This document shows positions 14,008-26,775 of a stretch of DNA of 64,000 nt, one piece after another. The stretch's first letter is position 1. Every line of letters begins with the position of its first letter. The notes beneath the pieces are model-generated. The model was not told the DNA's origin. It worked only from the letters and a program-made list of their open reading frames with translations, and searched no databases. The position numbers were made by a program, and so were the translations under genes. Origin of the DNA: Takakia lepidozioides (Eukaryota; Plantae; Bryophyta); NCBI GenBank assembly GCA_030704615.1, contig CM060733.1:41602001-41666000 (forward strand), written 5' to 3'.

Positions 14008-15233
14008 CACTACAGAAAAAGGGGGGATTTTCGACGCCGCGGCGTCGTAAAACAGCCTTTTTCGGGCTGAAAAAAAAACCAAATTTGCGACGTCCGGGCG
14101 TCGCCAAAAAAACGTCGTAAATTTGCGACCAATGGGGGTCGCAAATATGCGAAACTGCAATTTGCAACGCCGACGTGATTTGCGACGCCCGGGCGTTGGA
14201 AAAAAAAAAAAAAAACTATCTACAATGCAGAATTAGCACCGTCCGGGGGTCGCAAAGTGCGATGCCCGGACGTCACAATTTAAGGGGGTACATTTGAATT
14301 TAGGCGGGAAAATTTGAATTTGAATTTTGAATTTCAAAAACTTGTTGACCATTGACTCCGGTTCTATCTAATGGCGATATGTTCATTATCAAACATATAT
14401 TATGCAACGCATACTTGAACTTAAGACCTCCACGTTATAACATTTCTAAGACACTACAAACTAACCAACACACCTACACTATATCTATGTATCACAAAAC
14501 AATCTAAATATATATATATATATATACATATAAAGAGTTCTTTCAAGTTCTTTCCAAGTTCTTTCAAGTTCCTTCTAAGGGGGTCTCTCTTGTGACGCCG
14601 GGGAGTTGCAACCTCCACAGCCTTAGTGCCCAGCCCCAGCTCCAACATTGTCGTCGTTGTTGTATCCCCCCACCGTCAGGCGCCCCAAGCGACGTCTTTG
14701 TGTGGACCTAAGCTGACCACAACACCATTGCGACCCCCTGTGGCGACGCCGTTGCGACCCCTGACGCCGCAACATTGGGCGTCCCAGCTCAGGGTGCCCC
14801 CAGCGACGTTTTTGTGAAGTACAGGGCCGCAAAGCCCGAAAAAAAAAAAAAAAAAAAAAAAAAAACTCCCACTGTGGTGATGCTGTTGCGACGCCCTGGC
14901 GTCGCAGAGGCGTTGGGGCACCCTTAGTGACGCTTTTGCGACGTCGAGGCGTCGCAACGTCTATATATATATATATATATAATTTATTATTTTATTTTAT
15001 TTTTGGATTTCCGACGTCGGGGCGTCGCAAGAAAAAAAATCTGTCGCAGCGAGGGCCCTCTTTCCTCCTTCATGCCACCTTACGATGGTTGGGCGTCGTA
15101 ATGGTGTCGCAGCAGGGGATTGCGACGCCAGAACGTCGCAAAAAAACGCCGCAGGCTCGGCGTCGCGGGCTTAGCGCCGCGCGGGGTGTGGGGGCGCGGT
15201 TGGCGTCGCTAACCCCCCCCATTTGTTGTAGTG
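14008..15233. mobile_element. Non-autonomous CACTA (En/Spm) element
   Basis: Ends CACTACA...TGTAGTG with a 3-bp TSD TGG (14005-14007, 15234-15236). Many gcgacgcc/ggcgtcgc subterminal repeats and no coding capacity. Confidence 0.92.
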
Positions 15234-15319
15234 TGGTCTGAGTATGCCACACATTAAGGTCTGCGCAAAATTAAGGGTGCCCCACAGAACCCGTAATTCG
15301 ATTAAGTCCTGAACAGCCC

Positions 15320-18300
15320 TGTAACATTATCCCATCCTCTCTCAAAAAGTCGTGTCCTCACTGCTGCGTAGGATCAGGAAACCGCTGTGAACGAGCACCT
15401 TTTTGCTTGTGAGAGTCCTTCTGAGGGCTTAGTGCATGAGCACGAGCCTTGGCCTTGGCTGCTGGAGATGTCTGTATGCTCGCCGAAGCAGATTGGACTG
15501 TCGTTGAATCAGGTGGGGGCCGTCTGTCAGTCATGGCCCCGTCATACTCTTCTGACATGTCAAGGATATCAGTGGCCACTGCACCAGTGGTGTTAGAGTC
15601 ATTTTCCCACCGTTGGCCTTTCTGTCTTCTGACCTTCTTTCTCACCTCAGGAAGCTTGACTGGCATACAATGTATGCCCACCATGTCAGAACATTATGTG
15701 ATAAGACTTGTGCCAACTTCTTTCAGGCAAGACCAGTATATGCTCGTAGCTCCTCATCTGTATAGTTGAGTGGCGTGCCTATCACCTTTGAAAATTGCAG
15801 CCATTTCCTGGCCTCATGCCTCTTGGGAAAAATGTGGTCAAAATCCAAGTTCTCCTTTTCTAAATGCTCAAGAGCAGAAGAAAACCAAAGACGGAGTTGT
15901 GGATCTCGTTGAAGCATGAGCCTCACATCATACAGGTATTTGTGATCTGGAACCGGAGGTAATGTCCAATGCTCCCCATTGGAATAAGTCTGGTACCTCA
16001 TCTGCATTTTCTGCTCCTCCGTGTGGTAGCGTAAAACAAAGCAAGCAGCACAGTACATCTCACAGCCCATAACAATACTAGCTACTTCCCTGGTCTTGGT
16101 GAAGATGAACCCATGAATGACCTGGAATGCCAGTTATTTCTTGAGCATGGTTCCAGCCTCATGCCAGTGACGTGCAAAATGGTGGTCTGCAATGGGCCTA
16201 TCTGACGGAAGGACTTTGTTTCGTGTTGCCAAAGGCAACCAAATGCGCATGATTTGGTAATAATGTGCTAGGCACTCAGGAGAACTCAATTCTTTCCAAA
16301 CCACATCCATAATCAAGGGAATATGGTTGAAGGGAAGAATCATGGCAGTGTTGTACTCAAGATCAGCATGAGTCTTAGGTGGATTAAAAGAAGAGTCACC
16401 CCAAACAACAGGAATTGTTTGCAACAGTGTCAGTATCCATGGTGGCTGCCGGTGACTGCTGTGAGGTCGATGCACCCCCAACAAATGCCCTCTTGTCAAT
16501 GTTTGAACTCAAGTCCTCCACTTGAGTCTGTAATCCCATCACCTCCTCTTGCAACTCAGCTATCTGCCCATAGACAGCATCTATGGTGTTTGTGGCAATT
16601 TTCTGCATCCTTTGCCTGAGATCTTGCATCTCATCCTTAGTCAATTTCCTCGGTGCCTTTCCCTCCACTGGTCCTTCGTTTAACCACACCTGCAGGAAAT
16701 GATCATCAGCCAATTTCTCTGTAGACCCCCTGATAACTTGCTCCTCCTTTTGTTTGTATGTCTCCAAATGTTGCTCCAACTTCTGGATGCGTTGGTGATA
16801 GGGATCTTTCAATGTTGCAAAGGCAGCCATCAGATTGTTGGCTTCTTTCCTCCCCTTCTCAGCCACTGAAAGTGTGTCCTTGAATATCTTATTATCCTGT
16901 TGCAAATGCAACATGTTCTGGTCTGCCTTCTCTTTGTAGAGTCTCAACTCCTTGAGGAAAACTTCCTGGCGACTGATGGTGTCCTTCATGCCAGTAATCA
17001 GCTCATTTTGATGAATGACTTCAGCTTTAGCCTCTGCACACAAATTGGCTTTACCCCTGAGCTATGTCTCTATCCCTTGGAGTTGAGCTTGATGATTCAC
17101 TGATTGTATAGTAAGTTTGTGGTTAGCCTCTTCTAACCATGCAGCAATAATTTTCTTTGATGCCAAAAGTTCCTCATGATTTTTCTGCAACTGATATAGT
17201 TGTTGAGTGTAATCCTTCTGCATGATCTGCTGCTGTACTTCAAGGCCTGCCTTGATCAAATCTTCTTTTGCAAGATGCAGGGCAGCTGTGGTCTCCTCCA
17301 ACTCCTGCTTAAGCTTGAGGCTTGCCTCAACATCAATCTTGGTTGCTCTCTCAGCCAAAATCATGACCTCATACTCTTGTTTGAGTTCCTCCCTCAGTGC
17401 TACTAGTTGTTCCAAGTGAACGTGAGTTTTAAAATAATTCCCTACAAGATTAAAGGTTCTTCCTATGGAACTTAGAACCATAGCTTGCTGAGGGATCATC
17501 CTGTGGAGTCTTTTGTGTCTCTAACTGGTCAACAACAACCTTGTGCCTTGCAAACCACTGAGACCAATCATCCATAGGGTCTTGCACTTGAGTAGGCTCA
17601 ACTCCTAATGGTCCAACTCCAGATTTACCCTTACCCTGAACTTCTTCAACCTCAATCACAAGTATGGATTTAGTCTGCATTGTCGGAGCCTCCATAAGTA
17701 AAAATGGTACCTCTGGTACCATGGGAGGTTGGACCCCTGGAAAGGTTTCATAGAGAAGATCACCCCTCTCCATCTCCTTCACTACTTGCTCATTAGTGGG
17801 AATTTCCAAGCCCTCCCTTTCTGAGGAAATGGGTTCAACTGTATCAACAGGACCACTCTGAGTTACCTGTTAGGTGACTTGGATAGTAGGTTGTGTGAGT
17901 TGGGGTAGAGAAGCGACCTCGTCCTCCCTCTCTATTATGTGCACTTCCTGCACTGGCAACCCCTACTGTTGCTGAGCCACTTCTTCTGTAGGCGATGTGG
18001 AAATATCATCCTGCACAGCCGACTTGACTGCCAGTGGTTGGACAAGATGTACTACCCTGTATCACCCATTTTTTGTCTCTTCGTTTTGGGCTGCTGCTCC
18101 AGTCCCCCTTTACCTTGAGAGGAGCCCTATGCCTCGTTCATTGTATATTCTTGTTCAAACAACCCCATGTCCTTGCGCTCTTGCGGTGTGAGTAGGCAAT
18201 AATCGTGAATAATCTGCACAATTAGAGGAGCTGCAACAATAATCGTCTCCTTCATGGGTAGGGTCCTCGGGTATGCAATCTTTTCAACTGTTACGGGAGC

Positions 18301-19365
18301 CAGTGATTAGAACTCCAAGAAGCATTATGTTTAGGAGCTTTCTTTTAGACCCTTCCGGATTCGAGTCGAGGTCGTAGTTCACATTGAAGTGTTTTACAAT
18401 GAGCTTTGCGAATCCAGGAGAGGTCCCTACAAGCCATGTCAAGTAGTGTAGAACCAAAGTCCTTCCAAGGCTATTTTAGAGTAGAATCATCAATTTGCAC
18501 CGCGCATATCTCTCTTACATCATCTAGGGGATTCAAACCCAGTCCGGTGGGGAAAATGGCAGTTTTGAAGTATTTTTTATCTGGGAACTCCAACTCTCTC
18601 CGAAGAGGGCGAGTTAGGTGGTTTTGAAACATTATTGGTTTTTGCTTTATTTTCCCTTCTCTCTCCCGGAAGACTTGAACTCTCTCTGAAGAGGAAAAGC
18701 CTAAGGAAAATTATTCTTCATCTTTTCCATTTCACTCAATTGAGTCGTTGACTCCAAGGGATATCAGGATACCCTAATAGGGAGATTGTACGAACCAAAG
18801 ATTTTGGATTCTCTTCGGGACAAGTGTTCCCCATTGGTCGCCATATATGTTGATGCATATAGTGGTACAAATTTCTTTTCATATCGTTTTTTATCATAAG
18901 ACAAGCGGTCTCGGCATTGTACTGCCAAAATACGATAGTTTGTTAATTATCTGGAAATCGTTGGTAAAGCACATAGGAAATTAAATAGTGTCTGCGACAA
19001 CCAAACAGTAGAGCTCTGGCGTCAAGATGTCCGTAGGAAGCTGCATCGACAGCAGGTTAGGTTGTCAATTCAGTACCATTAACGGCAAGGTAATCTTGTT
19101 CGAACAATATATGACGACTATTCCAGTCCCAGATTGCGATCTCTCTGTTCTCCCGCCTTTCAAGTCCAGTAGGAACACATGGTAATGAACTTGGCAATTG
19201 GAAGAAACAACATGTACAACGATGAAATATCGCAACAAAACGAACGGCTGCATTAGAACGATAGCAGGTCAAGACGACTTCAAAGGGCGAAGCGTGGACT
19301 TGTTAGCGGTGCGGGACAATTGGAGGGGACTCCGGACAACTACGACTCAGTGGCAGGGTCAAAGA
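15320..19365 (-). mobile_element. Degenerate Tat/Ogre-like LTR retrotransposon 5' portion with a long accessory coiled-coil ORF
   Basis: On the minus strand, the LTR end ...CA at 18848 is followed after 4 nt by PBS TGGCGACCAATGGGG. Downstream are fragmented ORFs (17809-17450, 17499-17062, 17043-16396, 16499-16134, 16070-15723) rich in E/Q/K/L heptads. No gag-pol motifs or 3' LTR were seen. Confidence 0.55.
18829..18843 (-). promoter_or_regulatory. Primer-binding site, tRNA-Arg-like
   Basis: TGGCGACCA is complementary to a tRNA 3' end ...UGGUCGCCA and sits adjacent to the LTR end. Confidence 0.6.
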
Positions 19366-22300
19366 CCCCAGAACCACCACCAAGGATTTGATTTCCAGAA
19401 AAACAACAAAATCTTTATGTAACGAAAATACGACGAATGGCGAAAGAAGCAATTTTTAACCACCGATGGACCTGAGAATCGACAAGCTGATACGGGGTAT
19501 ATAATTGTAGTTTGTCACCAAGTTTGGTGATTTGTGGAGTAGATTAGCAACAGCACCAAATTATCGAGTCGACGACACTCACGGGAGCCGATTCTTTGAG
19601 TTTTTACTTCATGGATGGATGAAAAATCCTAAATTCGCCTTGAGGAGCTGGATGGATGAAATGACAACTCGTGCCAACTGGTCATCCATAGGGATGGATG
19701 AAAAGCCAGCTTTCATTGGCCTCTACAACTTTTCATCCATATTGAATATTAAACTATAGATCCTTCAAGGATACAATAGTTTAATGAATATTTTTCATTA
19801 GTTTATTAGGCCTAAAAACAGTATAAAAGAAGAGCAAGGCTCTCCTTGATCTTCATCTAGTTCATTTTTGTGTAGTTTCCCTTTGCTTTGTTGTTTAAAT
19901 GTTTGCTAGTTTGTGGCTTGAGGAAGCCTAGGTCTTAGGGAGTGGAGCTTGAAGCTCCCTAGTGTAGAAGGATTGGTAGAGGATTAAGGCAAGGAGCCTA
20001 GTCCATTGATTGGCCTTGAGGCCCTATTGAGTTTGACCAAGGAGGTAGTGTAATCTCGTGTGGGGAAAAGAAGAATTGGAGACGAGTAAGAAGGTCGGCG
20101 TGGACCTAGTGACGATCACCAAGGAAGGGCCACATAGAGTACCATTGTACGAGTCATTAGAGCATCACATGCACCTCCCATAGAGCAGGTTGACACTCCA
20201 CTCACTTGCTGTTCATGCATGTGCATTGAATTATTTTCCAAGCTAAGACTTGAAGTTGAAGTGATTGATAGGAAAAATAGCCCTCTTAATGAGGTGATTG
20301 GCAATCCAAGTTCACTATGATGTGATTTGTTGTTCGCATTTAAGTTGGGGAAGACCCATGATATGAATAGCCACATAGGCTTGGCACCATAGCAGGTGAA
20401 ATGAAGCATTAAGGCTTTGATTGATTTTTTATGATTTTCAGGAGAAGACATATATCTATGCTCTAAGGGGTCTTTACCCGAGCTAGACTAACTAGTGGGA
20501 GGCCAGAGAGGGCCATCCTAACCCCCTTAGTAAGTCCATTAAGGGAATTTGAACATAAAAATGAGGGAAGGAGTGTTCTTTTGTTTATGGTGTTTTTACG
20601 CTGGTGGGAGACTGCCCACGGGCTGCCAAGGGCACGGGTAGGCCCGGCTGGTGCGCCGAGAGGTTACTAATTCAACGAACTGATCAAGGGGAGCAGCCTA
20701 CCCACGCCTAGGCGCTGAGAGGCGGGGAACGCTGACCCTATGTACGTGCACAAAAGGACGGCCGCGTGGCCACACGGGCGAGGGAAAAGCCTCGCGCCCA
20801 AAAGTTGCTAGTTTAACCGCTGGATAAAGGCCCTATGCCACGGACCGGCGGTCTCAGCGTTTACCCAGCGCGCTCCGCACCTTTGTCCGGGCCGTGAGGC
20901 TTCATGCCCCGCCACGTGGCGAGGACGCTTTTATCCCGCGGGCACAAGGGGTCAATCAGATTAAAGGGGGTTGTTCTCAACCTTATGCTATTACAATTAA
21001 TGCTGACCCCTTTAAGCTTTGGAGGGGTGATTCGGGAGATCTAGAGATAGGAAAATTGTGGTTTTTGGTGAAGGAGAGAGCCCTCAGCGAGGCCTACACG
21101 GCAAGCCATGAGAGGGACAGAGTGAACCTCCAAGCAGAGAGTAAGAGAGCAAGCCAGAGACATGGATCGCACAAAAGTACTCTGCCGCGGCTACAGTGCC
21201 ACACGTGTTTACGACGACCATTTCCCCATAGGGAAAGGCGCGGGGGTTGCTTATTTAATATTAGTGGGGGGCGGAATAGGCTGGCCCCACCATGGGGAAG
21301 ATCTTAGGCTGGCGACAGGTGCGTTTTGCGCGTGGATGAACGGACAGCAGATCCGGACGAGACGAATATCATTCATCCACGGGGGTGCGGCAGTTCCCCA
21401 CTGCGGGGAGTGGATCTCGTGCAGTTCCCGGCGTTCCATTGAGTTCCCAGGGGGTTCCCATGTTCTAATGGGGGGTGCTAGTGGCATCTTTGGATTTCCC
21501 TCATGGTCCTTTATTGGGGAGGTATTTTTCCTGAATTTGATATTTTCTATTATTTCCTGCATATTCTGGATGGCGGAAATTCCCTAAGCAAATTAGGACG
21601 CATGTTTGAACTTTTTGAATTGTTAGAACTTGAAGTACTTAGGGGATTAAGGAGTGAACTTCTTGAACTTATTACATTGGTGCATGGGCATGATAATGGG
21701 CTCTTCTCCCTAAGTCTAAAACGAGCTGAAAATGGGTAAAAATTTAGCCCTTCGAAAGGGGTGGCTTGAGAACTCAAGCACTCGAGTGAAGGAGGGGCAG
21801 TGGGAGAGGGACGCGGTTCCCCTCCTCCCTAAATCCGGGAAATGCTTTGTGAAGGGGTAAAGGGATACCCCGGCTATTAGCGTCTCGGGGATTTATGCAG
21901 TAGGACGTAGCAATAAACAAGACTTGGAAGGCAGTTACGTTTTAAAAAGCTAAAAATCGTAAACAAATCGTAGGACTAAAACACGCAAATTGCCTATAGA
22001 AGGGAGCATCTGAGCTTCTCTTTGCCTATAGGATATTAGAATTGATAGTTTAGGCCCCCATCCTTGCTGCGAACCCTGCACTAACCGCAGCCGGGTAGGC
22101 GGTTCATTGAGCCCAACCTACACCACAACTTACCACGACCCCACTAGGCTAGTATGTCGTCGCCCTGGCCGCGCGCGCCCAGGGCTCGTCAAGGACTCTG
22201 GTCGAAGCCAGCATAACTAAGAGCCACTTCGTCTTGCTACTACTGCCCCTTTAATTCAGGGGTGGGCCCTATTACAAAGGAAAGTTTCAAAGTTTCAATG

Positions 22301-22634
22301 TCGTGGCTCTTTGCCTTTAGGGCGGGGGGTGGGGCCGACACAAGAAGGCTTGCCCCTATGGTGGGGGCATTGGCAGCAGTAGTGAAGGGGGCTGAAGCAC
22401 CCTTGAATGCCTTTGCAGATGCGCTCACTAGGTGGAGCCCAGCCGCAAACCGGGTTGCGGTGGGGGCTCCACGTGGGGTGGTGGTAGCTTAGGGAGTCGT
22501 AGTGGGGGTGGTTTAGGCCGACTCACCACTGCATAGGGATGAGGCCTTGTGGTGGGAGTCGGGGGAGTCTTGGAGCTCACCGCGGTCCATTGGGGCCATA
22601 TAGTGGATGGGCCAAAACTCACCACGACTCATCA

Positions 22635-23290
22635 CAGGGAGGCTTCCCACAAAGCCTGAATGCAACGACGAGTACCTTTAATGATCTGAATAGAAACCAC
22701 TACCTTGAGCTTTATGCCTGATTTGTGGAGGGATATCTCTGCCCCCCCCCCAATCCCTGAAAATAACGATAACATCTTGATGCCATCAGGGTTGAGTGGC
22801 CATAGCACTGAGAAGTGAAATGCAACTGTGTATACAGAGAAGTTGTTACCCAATGCTGCAAATCGTACACTAGAATTGAAGTTTGCCCGCATGTGATCCC
22901 TATCAAATCCCAAACATGTCTGATCACAGTGACACATTAAAATGGTACAATGTCAGTTCAATGGACGACTTCTAATGGACAATAGGTGTTGGCTCTTGCT
23001 CACTACAAATCTAGGAATAGACTGCTATATACACATACAGTGGGTATCTGAAATTTGGATGCGCCTGGCACGTACTTCAATCACGTTCTCTGAGATGGGT
23101 GTAGGAATGTTAGGAATTGTCCACACCAAATTCCACCTTCTGCACCACATCATGATTTCTTTTTGTGCATCTGGGTATTTCACGCGATACAACCGCGGGT
23201 TTTCATTCTGTACCTTACCTGCGCCATGTCTTCCACTCCGCAGAATTTACAACATTTCGTCATTTGAACTCTCTGACACCTCCACCTAGT
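22635..23290 (-). pseudogene. DRM: DRM-type (domains rearranged) DNA methyltransferase fragment with an intron
   Basis: Exon about 23290-23076 (WCRRWNLVW..PISENVIE), GT-AG intron 23075-22920, exon 22919-22635 (CLGFDRDH..ALGNNFSVYTVAFHFSVL..GIKMLSLFSGIGGGAEISLHK). The motif order IX-X-I is diagnostic of DRM. Confidence 0.85.
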
Positions 23291-23310
23291 CAACTTGCAG
23301 CAAGCTATGT

Positions 23311-23720
23311 CTAGCCTGCCCCCATAAACTCACAGACGGTTAAAATAACCCGTATTGAGAACTTGAAAAAAACAGTGAAGTGCTTTCCCTCCAGCCCAAT
23401 GTGGGTGACGTGGTTGTTTTCAGAGAGATTATTACGATGACTGCCCCCAACAATCAAATCGAAGCCATTGTACTTCCTAGCAAGGTTGAATAGATCTCTC
23501 CGTCTCAGGGAGATTACATCATGATAGCTCTGGTACTCAAGAACACTAGTCTGCTTGCTTGATTCCCACCACACTTGAATGCAACGACGGGTATTTTCAA
23601 CGATTTGAATAGAGACCATTATCTTGAGCTTTATGCTTGATTTGTGGAGGGTTATATGATCTGCCCCCCCAATCCCTGAGAATAGCGATAGCACCTTGAT
23701 GCCATTTGGGTTGCGTGGTC
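23311..23720 (-). pseudogene. DRM: Second DRM fragment (motifs I-V to the C-terminus), catalytic PC lost
   Basis: LSLFSGIGG...KYNGFDLIVGGSHRNNLSENNHVTHIGLEGKH aligns with DRM2 GFDLVIGGSPCNNLAGGNRVSRVGLEG. Confidence 0.85.
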
Positions 23721-23877
23721 ATGATAGCTCTAGTCACTTGTTCTCTCCCGTTATGCCCCGGTGAGCAGCCGAAGCTCCGAGTTGGCCCAGTGGCTAGTTT
23801 GGGAGTTAGGCGTGCGACCAAAGCGAGTAACTATGACCTCGTGGGGAGTTTACGGAAGTGATATGCGACATTCAATG

Positions 23878-24135
23878 CAAACAAAAATCATTTGGATGGG
23901 CAACCATCCGTTGGCCCAGTGAATGAATTTCGTATTTGTCTAGGACATGTTGGATGGTATGCAAAACATACTTGCAAAGTTTCAAAGCAAACAAGAATCA
24001 TTTGGATGGGAGACGATTTAATCGCCATTTGAATGAATTTCGTTTGATGTCATATTTGTCTGGGACTTGTCAGATGACATACTGAACATACTGGCAAAGT
24101 TTGAAAGTAAACAAAAATCATTTGGATGGTGAACT
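23878..24135 (+). repeat. ~110-120-bp degenerate tandem repeat (3 starts)
   Basis: aaacaaaaatcatttggatgg recurs at about 23878, 23988 and 24108. Confidence 0.75.
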
Positions 24136-24751
24136 GTTCGTTCCCTCTTTAAATGGACATGTACGTGTTATGGAGACGGAAAGTTGCATTTCGCCTGCAC
24201 ATGAATTTTTTTTAACTCCATTTTTTAACCATATGCTTAATGACAGCATACACAATGTACCTACACAATTTGGGAGTGAACAAAAGTCATCTGCACCCAA
24301 AACCATATTTTCTGCCCCATTTGCACTCCAAAGTTGATTTGAATTCAACTTCATGCACTCTTCATAGAGAGTTCTGCAATAATGACCCAAGCAAACACTT
24401 ATTTATTTTTTCATTTTTGTTTGGTCCGAAATTTTGCATGGATGTAATATTGTGGGGTTTGAATTAACAAACAAATTTGAGCCAAAAACAAAATCATTAT
24501 GTAGCAAAAATCCACAATCATAGTCATTCTAAATCCAATTATGTATTTAAATTTCATTAAAATTCGATTTAATTCAAAATTGGTTGAGGGGTGAATGCGT
24601 CGTTGGGGAGGCTTTTTATTTTTATTTTTATTGAATCTTTGCATATGTGTTACACATATATTCAAGCATATGCGGGCAAAAATTGAGCTTGAACCACATC
24701 CATTCATGGGTGCAATAGCCGTTTACCCATGAGAGGATTTTTTCTAAAAAT

Positions 24752-25112
24752 TGTCATGGTTTTAGTTATCTAGAATTACCTACTTCTAGTTAACTAGGAC
24801 ATTTTAGATATTTATAATTATATTTTGTGTGTTGGGACTTCATTTGGTCTCACATGCCAAGGGAGGTGTCGAGCCTCACTTGAGACATGGAGATAGGTTT
24901 TCCCCTTGTGAGTGTTGAGGAGGCTCATCTTCTTGTGGTTGAGCCTCCATGAGCCTCTCCCACCTCCATAGCTCTAGGTATTGAGAGGGAGTGTGGTGAG
25001 GGCTTTGTAAGGTGGATTCCTTTAGTAAATGTACCCTTGGCTTGACTTAGTTTATGTGATTGAGTGGATTCATGAGTGGAGTGTTTCCATTGTGTGTTCA
25101 CTTCCATTATCA
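24752..25112 (+). repeat. Element A 5' repeat X1
   Basis: Near-identical to 55508-55874; runs tgtca...ttatca. Confidence 0.92.
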
Positions 25113-26483
25113 CTACAAGAAGATCTCATTATGCTTGTGAGTGCGGAGTGTAAGGGTTAGTTTAGCACTTGTGTGTTGGAGAGAGCTTGATAAAGAGCTC
25201 TTGTGTTGCAAGGTGTTGCAAGTTTTGCAAAGGAAAATCCTTATGGCGTGGAGAACATGGATGTTAGGGTTTGAGAAGCATTATTTTGCTCTATAGAGGT
25301 GGAGAGCTTTTGAAAAGAACTCTTGCATCACAAGAGAAGCGTCTTGTGTGTGGAGAAGATAGACACTAGGGTTTCAAGAGCAAGCTCTAGTTGTTCATGG
25401 TGTGAAAGAGAAGCCAAAGAGTCGCACATGCTTGGGTTGGAATAGAAGGAGTACAACAAGGGTAGTTGAGGAGCATTGAGTAGCTCAAGGAGAAGCTAAG
25501 AAGTGGTTGTTCTATCCATGGTGAAATGAAGCCAAGTGGGGTTTTATTTGGTTGACAAACAAGCAAGCAAAGGCGGCGCTAGAAGGGAGTGTTTTTGCTA
25601 GTTCTATGAGTTCTTGGATTGCTCTTGGTGAAGCAAGTGGTTGACCAAGCAAGTGACGCATGTGTGGGGCATGCTTTCCAAGTGTGGCTTCCAATTCAAG
25701 CTTGAGGAGAGCTAGAAGGTGAAGTGAGCAAGTTCATTCCTTGTGTATGAGGTGGTGCATGTTTTGGAAGAAAAGCCAAGGAGCTATATAGGCTAGGGCT
25801 TGAAGACAACAAAAGCAACCACTTGGAGAGCATCAAGAAGCTCAAGATGACTCTAAAGGGAAGCATGTGGGTGAGATCCATGATGATGTGAAACCAAGCC
25901 TACAGTATTGAAGAGCTTGGAGCACATGTGGGAGATCATTGGAGGTGGTCTTCATGTAGAAAGGAGATTGTGGCTCACGGCATGCATAGCAACTTCAACC
26001 ATACATTAGCATGTGACAAGACAAGGAAGGGGAAGGTGAAGCTCATGTATTGATTCCCTTTTTGCTTAAGTTTTGTGGTGGATGGTTGATCAAGCAAGTG
26101 ATGCTTATGTGGAGCATGCTCTTTAGGGCTTGTGACTTCAAGTTTGAGAAGATGAGCTCTTGAATAGAGGTTGGATACACATTATGATGAATGAAGACAA
26201 CACCTAGGTCAAGAGGTGGAAGTGTGTGAGACTAGCCCTTGCAAGGGAAAGCACATGGAAGATGGCATACAAAATTCAAATTCAAGCAAGGCTTGGCGCT
26301 TGTCATTGGGCACATTAGCTTGCTATGAGTTCCAAGGAGATCAAGAGGAACTTGTCAATTTGGGATGAATGCATTGCAAAGTAAGATAATGCAATCTTGC
26401 ATGCATATTAGGGGGGAAGATACCATGAAGAAGATGTTTCTTACTATACTCTACAAACCTTAGTTTCCATACTCTTCAAGAAA

Positions 26484-26700
26484 CTGTGTATGGGCTCCCT
26501 CTGCCCATCATACACTTTTGTGAACATAGTATGGAACCCCTCTGCCCAACATACACTTTTGTGAACAGAGTATGGGCCCCCTCTGCCCAACATACGTTTT
26601 TGTCAACAGTGTATGGGCTCCCTCTGCCCCACCATACTCTTTTGAGAGCAGAGTATGGATACAAGTGGAGAGACTTTGCCTACCATACGTTTTCATTAAA
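26484..26700 (+). repeat. ~41-bp tandem repeat (4-5 copies) in the element A leader
   Basis: Unit gtatgggctccctctgcccaacatacacttttgtgaacaga. Confidence 0.85.
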
Positions 26701-26775
26701 AGTGTATGACATCTAGGGTGTATCTGGAGGAGTATTGCCTTTGGAGGATCTTTGGGGGGTCCTTGGTACATAAGA

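Noticed and set aside
8405-19365. One large element bounded by long inverted repeats
   Set aside because: The repeats are diverged LTR pieces (one abuts a PBS), and the intervening sequence is unrelated TE debris with no TSD.
19770-22620. Possible gene or retroelement coding region
   Set aside because: Only short ORFs with no recognisable motif; probably TE debris and cannot be classified by eye.
25111-25125. CACTACAAGAA looks like a CACTA terminus
   Set aside because: It is the CA end of repeat X plus the self-priming tract. There is no partner TIR or 3-bp TSD, and B has an analogous non-CACTA sequence at the same position.
26484-26700. CRISPR-like array
   Set aside because: Simple tandem units without unique spacers, in a eukaryotic TE leader.
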